63,766 nt of DNA, filler included, from Hyphochytrium catenoides (GCA_900088475.1; 9 parts of 9 records of this genome joined end to end with filler, not necessarily neighbours in it), one strand, 5' to 3'. Counted from the whole stretch's first letter, positions 48,664 to 61,563 are shown. Notes: generated by a model not told the origin, from the letters alone. Made by a program: numbers and translations.

Positions 48664-49440
48664 AGAAGAAGAAACATACAGAATGCTCCTTCTTCTTCTT
48701 TCTTTTTCCGTCATTCTCGTCTAGAGTACGGGTCTTCTTCTCCTCTTCATAGTTCTGAAGCTTAACTCTTGGTCCTTTAGAAGCCTTTGGGGACAGAAAT
48801 ATGGTCCAGACATTCGATTCCCAACTTTTTTCCAGAAGCACTAACTACCGTCGTTGTCCTGTTTCTTCTTCTCTCTTCTTCTTCTTCTTCCAGCACTGAC
48901 TGATGATGCTTCTTAGGCCTCAATCTATTTCCTTCTTTACTATGAAGGCGCAAGGCAATAGAGAGAGAAAGAAATGAGATATTGTTCATAGACACCAAGG
49001 CAGTTGCACTTACTGCCATGGCCAAGAGGGGGAAAAGGATTTGAAGGAAGAATAATCGATAGAAAAGAGGAGTCGACAGTACCAACAACCAAGAAGTAAA
49101 AAGAAGAAGAAGTTAGCAGACAGGACCCTAAGCAGGAAGAGAGACACGAGAGAATAGAGAGAAAAGAAGAGAGAGAAATCTAGACAAAGAGAGAACGGCG
49201 AGCCTAGCAGAACAGAACGGGGAAGGGAGGCAACAAGAGAGAGAGAGAAAGAGTGAGAGTGAGAGAAAGAGACGGAGAAAGAAAGAGAGAGATAGAAAGA
49301 AGAAGAGAGAGAAGTCTAGAGAAAACGGCGAGCCTAGCCGAACAGAGAAGGAGGGAGACAACGACAAGAGAGAGAGAGAAATAGAGAGAGAGAGAGAGAC
49401 CACCCACAGAGGAGCGAACATTCAGTCCACAGACACATCT

Positions 49441-51126
49441 TCATTTCTCTTCGAAGCATTCTCTAATGTATTCTAGGCCTAACAAAACATTCCCCGACCT
49501 AACGTTGCACTGAATGCTGTCATCCACAGAGACGATGTGATGGAACCACAAGCTAGGGAGAAAGAGGACTTCGCCTGCTTCTAACACTGCTTCCGTGACC
49601 TTGAGATCCCTCACACGGGGAAAGAGAGAAAGAAGATCTCCCTGTCTCTCTCTCTCTCCCCAGTCAATGTCTGTATGCCTAGCCGAAGGCCCGTCCTTCT
49701 TCACATAATAATTCTTGCACATGGACGGCGGCGCAATGATATACCGCCGTGAACCTCTAAAAACCGCAATAAAATTCAGACCCAGATCATAATGATTTTC
49801 AGAGATCACGCCGCGCATGCCGAATCTGCAATGAATGCCGCCTTTCGCCTCTTCATCTTTCACGATGAAGAAGTCTTTCTCTTCTCTCTCTTGGGAGGGA
49901 AAGGGGAGAAGAGAAGAAGGAGAAGAAGAAGAAGGAGAGAGAAGAGAGAGCTTCTCAGTCCAAAGATCAGACCGGAAGAAGGGCAGTTCTCTCATAAGAA
50001 GAGGCATGTTTCTCTCTCGGTTCTCAACGTGGGAGGCGTAGAAATAATAATGCGGATCTTGAGGGCCGACCGTCCGAGAATTGGCCGCAATATCCGAAAA
50101 CTGGGCGTAGGACATCCGGATTTCGGCGGTTGGCGGCTTCTCGTCATGGTTCCTACCGCTTTGGCCCGCCTTTGGAGGTTTATAATACATAAAATGCGAA
50201 GAGTTGCTGGTAGATACCAATTGGGGCTCCGGTCCGAACATTTGGATCAAATAATTTCGGGTCCATCGTCGTCGGACCTCGTCCACACTTGGGATCCCAT
50301 AGATTATAAACGGGACGTGGTGATCGCGGTATTTTCGGGCCATGGTTCGTTGGTCCGTGTCCGAGAAATTAAACCGACAAAGGCTAGAATAATGCCGTCC
50401 GAATTGTGGGACGTCCGGCCGGTCCGGATTCCAATGGGCCAGGACCTCGGTCATAGAAAACAGCTGAGGATAAGATAGGCCGGCCGAGGTACCCTTCAGA
50501 TTTCCCCCGCGAGTTAGGCCAACACCATCGCAAAAGCCCCGGATTTCCTCCCCGTTGGGAGCCGTTAACGGCCGTTTACCGGTCATCCAGGCTGGCCGGT
50601 CCACGTTTCTTTTCTCTTCTGTCTTCTCTTTCTCTTCTTCTCTCTCTCCTGGGGATTCTTCTCTCTTCGTTCTCTCTTCCTTTCTCTCTTTCTGACTCTC
50701 GTTGTTTTCCTCTCCTCTCTTTCTCTCTTCTTCTTGTCCTCCGCCGTCTCCGCTTCTTCCTCGGCTTGAGCTAATCTTCTTCGCCTCCTCTTGATGATGA
50801 TGAGCTTCTCTTGTCTCTCCTTTCCCGTTCAATTTCTCTTCCTCTCTCTCCTCTTCTTTCCGTATAAATCTGAGGCTGTTGATGGTGGCTGCTGCTGCAG
50901 GAGGAGAGGAAAGAGAGGAGGAGGAGGATGGAGAAGCAAAAGAAGAGAGAGAGGAAGAAGAGAGCAGGAAGAGAGAAGAGAAACAACTGGAAAGAAAGAG
51001 CAAGCCGCCAAGGATGAAGACGAAGAAAAGAGCCTTCTCTTCTCTCCTTCCCAAGCCTGTCATCCAATTGATACGCCGAACAAGAGCTGAAGGAGAACGT
51101 TTTCTCGCCATCATCTCTGCTGGCAT
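49441..51126 (-). CDS. Type II membrane JmjC/cupin-like Fe(II)/2-oxoglutarate oxygenase (561 aa)
   Basis: Intronless. N-terminal TM segment ALFFVFILGGLLFLSSCF, charged stem, metal ligands HYD (ENHYDLG) and H (LEAGEVLFLPSLWFHHIVS). Confidence 0.85.
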   Translation of the reverse strand: MPAEMMARKRSPSALVRRINWMTGLGRREEKALFFVFILGGLLFLSSCFSSLFLLSSSSLSSFASPSSSSSLSSPPAAAATINSLRFIRKEEEREEEKLNGKGETREAHHHQEEAKKISSSRGRSGDGGGQEEERKRGEENNESQKERKEERTKREESPGEREEEKEKTEEKRNVDRPAWMTGKRPLTAPNGEEIRGFCDGVGLTRGGNLKGTSAGLSYPQLFSMTEVLAHWNPDRPDVPQFGRHYSSLCRFNFSDTDQRTMARKYRDHHVPFIIYGIPSVDEVRRRWTRNYLIQMFGPEPQLVSTSNSSHFMYYKPPKAGQSGRNHDEKPPTAEIRMSYAQFSDIAANSRTVGPQDPHYYFYASHVENRERNMPLLMRELPFFRSDLWTEKLSLLSPSSSSPSSLLPFPSQEREEKDFFIVKDEEAKGGIHCRFGMRGVISENHYDLGLNFIAVFRGSRRYIIAPPSMCKNYYVKKDGPSARHTDIDWGERERQGDLLSLFPRVRDLKVTEAVLEAGEVLFLPSLWFHHIVSVDDSIQCNVRSGNVLLGLEYIRECFEEK

Positions 51127-51429
51127 CCTCGCCTTCTTTTTCTCTCTCGCTCTTTCTCTCTCTCGCTGTCTCTCACCGTTTATCCGTTATGCCCTGTCGT
51201 GCCTCTTTTCTTCATCCGCTTTCAGTCTTCTCTCTTACTACCGTCCCGAGTAAAGTGTCTCTCTCTCTCCCTCTCTCCTCTGGTCTGACATCATTTGGCT
51301 TCCTTTCTTTTCCTTTGCTTTCCTCTCCTGGCGAACCCACTACTTCACCTGACGTTACGATGTCAGTCAGTCTCGGTGGATTACCCAAGTGTTGATTCTC
51401 TCTGTTGAGTCTCGTTTCCTCTCTCTCTT

Positions 51430-51484
<55 letters not shown>

Positions 51485-52361
51485 TTCTNNNNNNNNNNNN
51501 NNNNNNNNNNNNNNNNNNNNNNNNNNNNNNNNNNNNNNNNTCTCTCTCTCTCTCTCTCTCTTTCTCCCTCTTTCTGACTGACGCGCATGCGAGCTATGGT
51601 GGCGCCTGGGATTGGCCCGAGGAGGGGATCAGATAAAATAGTGGTGAGGTCCGGAAGAAAACATCGGGGAGAGAGAAGATGAGGAGAGAGAAGAAAGTGT
51701 TATGGGCACAGTGGGGCGAGGAGAGAGAGGAAGAGGGAGCGAGAGAGCGAAAGCGAGGAGAGAGACGGAGAGACGGCAAAGAAGAAAGAGCGAGAGCGAG
51801 AGAGAGAGAGAAAGAGACAACAATACAAAGACGAGGTCCTTGACCCAGAGAGGGCAAGATTGTAGATAAAGTGGGAGAGATGATGATGGGCCATCAGTGG
51901 AAGGCAGAATGGCCATGCTCTTTCCTCTTCTCTTTGTCTATCTGTACACTCAAAACTCTCTCTCTCTCTCTCTCTCTCTGTATGTTGTTCTCTTCTTTTC
52001 TCTCTCTCTGCTTCTCTCCCCTCTCTTCTCCTGGTGCCAGAAGCGGTACCTCAAGAAGTGCAGTAACGGACGGGCAACTTCAACATGTGCGCACAATTAC
52101 CCATAGAGAGTAAAGACAACCACAATTGCGCACGGTACGGTACACCTTGTGCTCATGGTACAAAAACTAGAAATGATGATGTGTGCGCACCTTATGTGCG
52201 CTGCTAATTGCTAACGTCGTACCACAAATTGAAACTTCTCGTTTCACTTGCACCTTTTTGATAACGGAACTCATGGACTAGACGTGCCAAGGTAAGGGCG
52301 CACTCCAAGGTGCGCTTCTGCGTGTAATTGTCAAAGAATAGAAATGTCCTTCTCCCCCTCT

Positions 52362-52397
<36 letters not shown>

Positions 52398-52704
52398 GTC
52401 TATCTGTCTCTCGCTCTCACCGACTCTCTCTCTCTCTGCTTCTCTTTCTCATCTCCTCTCTCTCTCCTTCCCTTCTCTCTGCCTCTCCCTCTCGTCTCTC
52501 TATTCTCTCTTCTTCTGCGTGTCTCCCAAGCTGTCTCCTCTTCTCTACTTTCTCTATCTTCCTGTAGTCGTCACTGCACAAAGAGAGAGAGAGAAAGAAA
52601 GAGAGAAGACAGAGAGAAAGAGAGAAGACAGAGAGAAAGACAGAGAGAGAGAAAAGACAGAGAGAGAGAGAGAGAAAGAGAGAAGACAGAGAGCGAGAGA
52701 GGGG

Positions 52705-52752
<48 letters not shown>

Positions 52753-53091
52753 GAGAGATAGAGAGAGCCAGAGAGAGAGACAGAGAGAGAGACAGAGAGA
52801 CAGAGAGAGAGAGACAGAGAGAGAGAGAAGTCAAAAACGCAGGTGGAGAGGGGCAAATAGCGATAGAGACATAAAGCAACAGGAAGAGATAAATGGCCGG
52901 AAGAGAAAGAAGAGAGAGCGGGGGGTGAAGGAAAGAGAGATTCTGGAAGAGAGCGAGGGGAGAGAGAGAGAGCGATGGAGACAATGAGAGCGAGCGACGG
53001 GGAAAGCGTGACCGAAAAGAGAGAGAGAGAGCAAGCACAGAGTGGGAGAGAGAGAGAGCGAGAGGAAGAAAAAGAGAGAGAAGGAAACTAG

Positions 53092-53141
<50 letters not shown>

Positions 53142-53269
53142 GGGGAGAGAGAGAGAGAGAGAGGCTGCCGTCATTTGGAAAGATTAGGGCGAGTTGACAA
53201 AGAGACTTAAGAAAAAAAAAAGCGGGGGAGAGTGAGGGCGAGATGGAGAAAGCAAAGAGAGAAAGAGAA

Positions 53270-53306
<37 letters not shown>

Positions 53307-53317
53307 TCCTTCCTCAC

Positions 53318-53701
53318 CTCCGGCACGTCTCTCCTCTTGTCACTTTTATTTCCTAATAAAATGACGGGAATTGAGGAGTCAAGACCATTTCTCTTTGCCT
53401 CTTCCAGCCACGAGCCGCAGGATTCGAAAGAGAGACGGTTGGAGACGTCAAAGACCAAGATTACGCCCTAATAGAGAGAGAGAGAGTGAGAGAGAGAGGA
53501 GAGAGAGAGAGAGGGAGAGAGAGAGAGAGAGAAAGAAAGAGAGAGCAAAAGAGTGGCGACCAAAGATTTACTCTGAGAAACGAGGACAAGAGATGTGGAG
53601 ACCGGAAAAGAAATGTCGGACGATGTAGAGAAAAGGAGAATGAGAGAGAGAGAGAGAAAGAAGGAGAGACGGAGGCGAAGAGAGAGAGAGGAAAAAAAAA
53701 A

Positions 53702-53735
<34 letters not shown>

Positions 53736-54123
53736 AGGAGAGAGAGAGAAGGAGAGAGAGAGAGGGAGACAAGAGAGAAGATAGGGGGAGAGATCGGTCG
53801 GCGCTAGTGATGGACAAGGAAACATGTGAAAGCGAGAAAGAGCAAGAGCTCAGATGTAGGAACACAGAGCAGAAAACGTGTTAAGAGAGAGAGAGAGAGG
53901 GAGAGAGAGAGAGAGAGAGAGAGGGAAAGAAGGAAAGAGAGAGAGAGCCTCTCTCACCTGCGAGTCCTTATAGAACTCAGCTCTAATGTCAGAATAGTCA
54001 GGAAGACCGGAGAGATCCCAGAAATTGACGCGAATACTTTTCCCTTCGATTTCCAGCGGCTTCACACCGAAATCCACGCCAATTGTAGAGACATAACGAG
54101 GGAGAAATTTCTCCTCGCAGAAG
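53318..54123 (-). CDS. RJL-family (DNAJC27-like) Rab-like small GTPase, two internal exons
   Basis: Exon 54123-53958 encodes FCEEKFLPRYVSTIGVDFGVK..VNFWDLSGLPDYSDIRAEFYKDSQ. Exon 53467-53318 encodes GVILVFDVSNRLSF..LLGNKSD. EFYKD and the missing catalytic Gln are RJL hallmarks. Confidence 0.85.
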
Positions 54124-54818
54124 CTGAGAGAGAGAGAGAGAGGGGGNNNNNNNNNNNNNNNNNNNNNNNNNNNNNNNNNNNNNNNNNNNNTTAATTAATT
54201 AANNNNNNNNNNNNNNNNNNNNNNNNNNNNNNNNNNNNNNNNNNNNTCTGTCTCTTTCTCGGCTCTCTCCCTTTCTCTCCGTTTCTCTCCCTCAAGAGAA
54301 GAAAGCCGAGATGAAGATGATAAAGCCTCGTGCTGGTTGGCTAGCTAGGAAGAGTTATGATCTCTGTCTCTCTCTCCTCTCTCTAGGTCTCTCCCTCCGT
54401 TCTTTCTCTCTCTCTCTCTTTCTGGCGCGCCGTCGCTCACACGTCCTCTCCCTCTTTCTCCTCGCTCTCTTCTCTTTGTCTCTCTTTCCCTCTGTTTCCC
54501 TATTTTTTTGGTTGATGTTGGGGCAGAGCATCTCACAAGATTCACAACATGTGGTATCCTCGGAAATGGGGCTTCTCTATTCTCGGTAGAATGCCTTTTC
54601 TTCGGATGCTTTCCTCAACCTCTTATTTAAATAGGCTTCAATGTCCAGTCTGACATCAATTCTCGGATGATAGGAATATTAAACTTCCGTTATGACTGTT
54701 TTTCAGGTACAATACTAACAGACTTCCAAGAAAAAGAGGAAGAGACACGCTGCTGCTCTTCACTGTGCTCTCCTGTAACTCAAAAGGCAGTTAAACTCTC
54801 CTCTTATTTCTCACTGTT

Positions 54819-54850
<32 letters not shown>

Positions 54851-55433
54851 CCCCGAAGTCTTTGTTCCTCTCTCTCTCTCTCTGTGTGTCTCTCTCTGTG
54901 TGTCTCTGTCTCTGTGTCTCTCTCTGAGCCTGTCTCTCTGTGTCTCTCTCTCTGTGTCTTCCCTTCTCTGTTTCTGCCTCTGTCTCTCTCTCCCTCTCTG
55001 TCTCTCTCTCCCTCTTTCTCTCTCTCTGTCTCTCTCTCCCTTCTTTCTCTCTCTCGCATCGCGTCTCCCTGTTCTGATGCTCTTGGACATGACACTGAAG
55101 AAGATCATCAAAGCTCGCTGAAGTGACGAGGCACGAAGGAAAGAGAAGAGAACCTAGGAGATGCCCAGTCTCTCTCTCTTCTCCGCCAACATTGCGTTGT
55201 TCTTCCTCGGCCCAGTGGTTATGTACATACATTATACTTAATGGAGCCCAACAACAGAGACAAGCTGAGTGCCGTGAGGCCAAAGTCTGGGAAGAGAAAC
55301 CGAGATGTTGGTGAGAAACCCAAGCGATGAGGGCGCCGCAAAGTCAGAAACAGAGAGAGAGAGAGAGAGAGAGAGGAATGAGAGAGAGGTAGAGAGAGGT
55401 AGAGAGGTAGAGAGAGAGAGAAAGAGAGAGAGA

Positions 55434-55467
<34 letters not shown>

Positions 55468-55580
55468 AGAGAGAGAAGGGGGGAGAGAGAAAAAGAGGTG
55501 ACCTAGTCCGAGACTAAACGGTTGAGACTAAAAAGATTTGTTGCAATTACTCTAGACGATAGACAATGTCGTATTAGCTT

Positions 55581-55625
<45 letters not shown>

Positions 55626-55774
55626 CCAAGATAGACTTATAAGACACAATCTCTCTTTCTTTGTCCTCCGTTTTGGGCCTCCCAGCCCTGTGCCGTGGAA
55701 GATGGTGAGCTGGGGGACAGAGAAACATTGACATGCCTTCTTCCTCTCTCTTCTCGTCCTTCTCTCCCTTCCTT

Positions 55775-55882
55775 TTATTGCCCGAATCTGTCTGCCTTGC
55801 TCAGAAACTCTCTCTCTTCCTCGGTGCTTTCTCTTCCCAACACTTCATTACGGTGAGGATACCGCCCGAACCGCTCAATAAC
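55775..55882 (-). CDS. DUF924-family protein, terminal exon
   Basis: After a CAG acceptor: VIERFGRYPHRNEVLGRESTEEEREFLSKADRFGQ*, the DUF924 signature. Confidence 0.85.
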   Translation of the reverse strand, partial: VIERFGRYPHRNEVLGRESTEEEREFLSKADRFGQ

Positions 55883-56230
55883 CTGCAACGAGAGAGAGAG
55901 AGACAGAGAAAGAAAAGAGAGAGAGAGAGAAAGAAAAGAGAGAGAGACAGAAAAAGAAAAGAGACAGAGACGGGAAGGGTCAGGAGAGAGAACGTGACCT
56001 TATTTGCCAGAGAGAGAGAGAGATCACGTGAGGGAGAAAGCGACATATAAGGAACATCAATAGAAAGAGCAGACAACAAGAACGAAAACAAGAAGAGGGA
56101 AGGGGAATCGAGAGAGAGAGAGAGAGAGAANNNNNNNNNNNNNNNNNNNNNNNNNNNNNNNNNNNNNNNNNNNNTTAATTAATTAANNNNNNNNNNNNNN
56201 NNNNNNNNNNNNNNNNNNNNNNNNNNNNNN

Positions 56231-56705
56231 CGTCCCATTTTCCTGTGCCAATCATCTTCACTCCCTGGAGCTCCTGAGTGTCATTGACCTAGAGAGAAAG
56301 AGAAGACAGAGAGAGAGAGTGGGGAGAAAAGTGTGAGAGGGGAAAGGAAAGAGATTAATGCGGAGGAATGGAGGTAAAAGAAAGGAGGAGGAGGTACCTT
56401 TAGCAGTCTAGACTGTGTGAGAGAGAGAAAGGACGAAAGAGAAAGGAGAAGAAGAGGAAGATGAGGGTAAGGCACCTGGAGACACGGGTTGGGAAAGGGA
56501 CGGTTGCCATCCTTTTCAGAGAGAGAAGCAGCAGTAGCAGCAGCCTCCTCCCATCTGAGTGGAGAAAGGAAAGGCAAACAGAGAGAGAAAATTGTGCCAG
56601 GTTAGGTCAACTGTTGGAGAGTCTAGACTGAGCTCCGGCTTTTTCTCTGTTTCTCTTCTTCCCCGCATATTGCCGCTGTTTTCGTCCTGCTCTTTACTTC
56701 CTCTT

Positions 56706-56741
<36 letters not shown>

Positions 56742-57296
56742 CTCTTTCTTCTCGTCTTCCCTTAGAGACCCTCTGCTACCTTCTATAGGCAGAGTTCCTG
56801 CCAAAGTGAAGAAAAGAGTGTGTGTAGATATTCCAATGTCTCTGGTTTCCAAGCTGCAGAACCGGGGGATTGGGGAGAATAAACGTATAGGTATAGAGAA
56901 AAGGAGAGAGAGACAGAGACAGAGACAGAGAAAGAGAGAGAGAGAGAAAGAAGGAGAAAGAGAGAGAGAGAAGCCGGAGAGACATGTTAACTAGTGGAAC
57001 GAAGCAGGGAGGACTTTCTATGCCTTGTTAGCTTTGGGAGCAAGAGCAGGAAGGGCAATAAAGAGAGAATATACCACAAGACCGCGCTTGTTATTGGAAG
57101 AGGAGAGAGAGACACAAATAAGCGTCAAAGACATGAGAAGCAAGAAGAAGAGCCCAAGAGATAAGCGCACTCCCCCGTGAAGAGAGAAGAGACGGAGTGC
57201 CCAAGAGAAAAAGCTTAATGAGAAACACAGGAGAGAGAGAGAGAGAAACAAACACACACAGAAAGAGACAGAGGAAGAGAGAGAGGTGAAGAGAGG

Positions 57297-57327
<31 letters not shown>

Positions 57328-57644
57328 AGTGAGAGAGAGAGAGAGAGGAAGGAAAAGAGGGAGAAAGAGATACGATACCTGGAGCTTGAAGAGGTTGGCC
57401 TGGACGTCCTCCTCAAACCTAAAGAACCCAATCTGAGAGGAAGCGCCGCCGAGGTCTAGCGATCCATAAGTGTATCGCGCCTCCACCGCGCCGAAGCCTT
57501 CCATATAAGGAAGAAAGGTCCCCATCATATAGTTAATGGTCGTCCTAAAAATAGAGAGAAGACAGTCAGAGCCTTGAAACCGCAGAGAGAGAGAGAGAGG
57601 AAGAGGAGAGAGTGGAGGAAGAGAGGCAGGGGGAGAGAGGCAGG

Positions 57645-57684
<40 letters not shown>

Positions 57685-58478
57685 AAAGGATACGAGAAGG
57701 AAGACAACAACCTTCTGGCTTTCAAGCCATTTGGGAGAGAGAACACTGCTTCTACGATGAAGGTCAGTAGAGAAAGAGAGAGGAGGCTGTAGCCTCGAGT
57801 TATAGGAGAGAGATGAAGAGAAGACAAGAGAGAAAGCTCTTGTCCTCGGCGAAGAAAGACAGGGAGAAGAGACGCGGCCGTACCATGCGTACGCCCCTTC
57901 CTCCTCTCCAGAAAGGATCCTCGCGTGCGCCAACTTGAAGGCGAAAGGGTTGCTGAAGTCATCGCTTAAGTAGTCACGCACACTGCGGAGGATTCTATGG
58001 GAAAGCAGTCAGGAAAGCGGAATAAGATCAGAGAGTGAGAGAGAGTCGGAGAGAGAGAGAGAACTCGTTATGGGAAAGAGAGAAGAGAATGGACGATGAG
58101 AGTCTCTCTTGCGGTAGAATGGATGGGACGTGAAAGTCAGAGTAAAAAAGTTAGAGAGAAAGCAAGGCGGAGAGAGAGAATAAAGGAGATGCAGAAAGAG
58201 AAAGAGAGACAGGTAGACAGACAGATCGACAGACGGACAGAGAGAAAGAAAGAAGAGGGGAGAGAGGGTCGGAAAGGAGATCTAGACCAAGGTGTCCATT
58301 ATAGAATATTATAGAAATGGCTAGAGAGAGAGAAAGGAACACGAGAGAGTCAGCCTTACTCCTCTCTTGGTCCCTCAGCCACCTCTCTGAGCCCTCCTGT
58401 GGACTTGAGAAAGATGTTGAACTCTTTCCAGCGGCTCTCCACAGGCTTCAAAACGTCCTTCGCAAAGTCAATTAACGG
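56231..58478 (-). CDS. GDA1/CD39 nucleoside triphosphate diphosphohydrolase (apyrase), internal exons
   Basis: Apyrase conserved regions LKSTGGLR, ILSGEEEGAYAW|TTINY, GSLDLGGASSQI, NIYTHSFLHFG and NPC across at least 6 exons. Confidence 0.92.
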
Positions 58479-58963
58479 CTGTCGAGAGAGAAGAAATGTT
58501 AGTCCATCATTTGTTTGCGTGTCTCTTCTTCTTTTCTCTCTCTCTCTCCTGATCTCCTCCCTGGTCTGTTGCCCTATTACCTCTATGTACATAGCCTGCG
58601 TTCTCACCGTACGCCCCTTGCCGCTCTTCGTTCATCTCCCTCTTCTTTCTCTCTCTCTCGGAGACACACTGCCCATCTAACTTTCCCTTATCGCTCTCTC
58701 TCTCTCTCTCTCTCTCTGTGAGTCCTTCTCTCTCTGCAGTTGCAGAGTAGAACCTCTGGCGTCTCTCTATTTCTCTTCTCTTTCTTATGAGCACAGTGGT
58801 GTCCGTTCTTCGCAAATCGCACATGAATGCTGCTGTTGGTCCTCCCTTCTCTCTCTCTCTCTCNNNNNNNNNNNNNNNNNNNNNNNNNNNNNNNNNNNNN
58901 NNNNNNNTTAATTAATTAANNNNNNNNNNNNNNNNNNNNNNNNNNNNNNNNNNNNNNNNNNNN

Positions 58964-60815
58964 CGTTGGCCTCGGAGGGAAGAGTCACCCTTTCGTGTTG
59001 CAGCTCTCGCGCAGTCGATCTCTGCATCCTTGAGTTGGCCCTGTCAATCTTGGGACTGTCGAGCCATCGAGGAGGGCTTCAGACCTTGTTAATAATAAGG
59101 GGAGACTCACTGACTCTGGATATTGGTACTGTTCACCTGGAGATCCTCCAGCTGTTGGCAAGAGGCAATGGCTTCAGGCCTTGGTGTTAGGGCAGTGTCG
59201 ATGGCTCTGTGTTGGTTGTACTCCTAGATGTTGCCAGACGCTTGTGCTTTGTTTTGTTCTGCTTTTGATTCCTCGATGGGAAAATGGAAAGTGAGGTCTG
59301 ACTGCCGAGGCGGCCCAAGTGAACAGGAGGCATGCTTTCAAAGTGCGACGTCTCGCATCCTTTCCATTCGCTTGCAAAGGAGAGAGAGATGAGAGAGATC
59401 AAGAGAAGATGGTTTGAAAGACGGGTAGACATAGCGAGACGATAGAGAAAAAGACAGAGAGGTAGGGCACTAACAGTAGTGAGCAGTACTGCTTGGGCCT
59501 TGCTGGGTTTCTGTGGAGGTCCCTTCTTGCAATCGTAGTAAGAACCTTAAGCCTAGTGGGCTCACCAAGCTGCTTCACAGATGCGGCGCTTCCTGAGAGA
59601 CAATAATAATGCTAGTGATGAGGGCTGTGGAAAGCAGGGAAAGATGCCATTTCGTTGCCGAATTCCCTCTCCTTCTCGGTCCGTTCAAGGCCTTCCAACC
59701 CTGTCGCTTCTCCCAGTAGTACTACTTGGAATAACAGCAAGCAAGAGTGGCTTAGTTTTAGCTCCCGACGACGGTAATCTATGGTTTCCCGGTAGCCCTT
59801 GATGACTAGGAAAGGAATCTCACAGAGAAAGGGCGGATACGCAAAGGATGGTATGGAAGGTTGATGAATCTTTGTCGTTAGTTGCATGATGTAGGGCTTT
59901 AGGAACGGTAGTGGTGGGCGTAGTAGTAGCAGTAATAAAGAGTTGTTGTCTGGCACGTAAGCGTACCGAGAAGCTCTGATAGCTCGCTCTCAGGATGCTA
60001 GTAATGGGCGCGGGCAGATCAGTCGGTGCTGCAACGGCCATCGGTTGGAGATATATCTTCTTTGCCCGGCTGCGATCCAAGATCTCTGAAAAACTAGGTG
60101 AGAGATAGAGAAACCGACCATAAACGGAGACAGAGGTGGAGCGAGAGAAGTCTCCCTCCACAAGCTCCCTGACAGAGTTGGAAGCCTTTGATAATAGCGG
60201 CAGTTGAAGTATACCGAACAGACAGAGTGACTATATGCGAGATAGAGTGGCGAGACAGGCGCAGAGTTAAAGCGATGGCACACGAGAGAGAGAGAGAGAG
60301 AGAGAGATGGCGACAGAGAACAAGACGAGCGGAGGAGGAGAGAGAAGATACAACTAGGGAGATTGGAGGTGTACAAAGAACAGACAAACAGACAGACAGA
60401 CAGAGAGAAAGAGGAGAGAGAGAAAGGAGAGGAGAGCATGTATTAAGATCTTGTCTGTCTTCGCCGTCCCTTCCTCCCTCCTCCCTCCCCTCCTTCTCCC
60501 TGCTCTCTTAGCCCCATCCCGCACTGGACTAACAACGACGACGAACAGGAACAGATCCACAGCCCTGCTGTACTGTTTTACAGAACTGGCGCCACACAGA
60601 CTGTCACCCGGGAGTAATAATACCGTTGTATAGAGGTAGGCGTAGACCCTTGGGGACTAGTAATAGTGCCCAATAGAGGCAAGGTGTTACCTACCCGCCC
60701 TTCCCTCACCGTGCCTTATACACTAAGCCCTTCGCCTGTCACAGTCTCACCCACCCGTCTGTGCTGGAAGTAGGGGGTGGGTAGGTGTAGATCAAGTAAT
60801 AGTCCTGGCAGGGAT
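58964..60815 (-). CDS. Internal exons of an unidentified spliced gene
   Basis: Several AG/GT-bounded open segments, e.g. FSEILDRSRAKKIYLQPMAVAAPTDLPAPITSILRASYQSFS, GYRETIDYRRRELKLSHSCLLLFQ and DYYLIYTYPPLLPAQT. No family recognised. Confidence 0.35.
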
Positions 60816-61012
60816 GGCATTATCATATCTCTTCCTTGACTTTTCATGCCCAGTCTCCCACCCATCCATCAGCCCTGAGTGTTGTAGCAGAGAANNNNNN
60901 NNNNNNNNNNNNNNNNNNNNNNNNNNNNNNNNNNNNNNTTAATTAATTAANNNNNNNNNNNNNNNNNNNNNNNNNNNNNNNNNNNNNNNNNNNNCTCTCT
61001 CTCTCTCCCCCC

Positions 61013-61048
<36 letters not shown>

Positions 61049-61308
61049 GTCCACGCTGCGCTCAGGCGCTCTGTTGTCCTTTCTCTTCCTGCCCCAGTTG
61101 AGCGCAGAGAGACAGAAGAGGAGACAGCACTGTGACAGAGGAAGGAAAGAGCCAGAAGAGAGAGAGCGAGAATGATAGGGGGCATGTCCCTGATGGGTGT
61201 ACCGTTAGCGGAGTTATCTCAATGCAAAAGGGTCCTCGTAGACTCGTTGTCTCACGGTAAACTCCGATATTCTCTCTAGAGGTGTCTCTCTGTCTCTCTC
61301 TCTCTCTG

Positions 61309-61368
<60 letters not shown>

Positions 61369-61563
61369 CTCTTCTCTCTCTTCTCTCCCCAGCCCCAATC
61401 TGAAGGTGGCATCGTAGACAGAAGACGGAACACAGAGAGAAACCAGACAACGAGAGACCTGGACGACTGCGAGGAAAGAGTTTAAAAGGGACCTCTCTCT
61501 CTCAGTCCTCTCTCCTCAGTTCTGCTGTCATTACCGCTTAGAAAACAGTGACTGCTCGGACCT

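Noticed and set aside
49792-50478. 228-aa ORF antisense to the JmjC gene (likewise 15596-16096 and 9325-9867)
   Set aside because: Shadow ORFs of real genes on the opposite strand.
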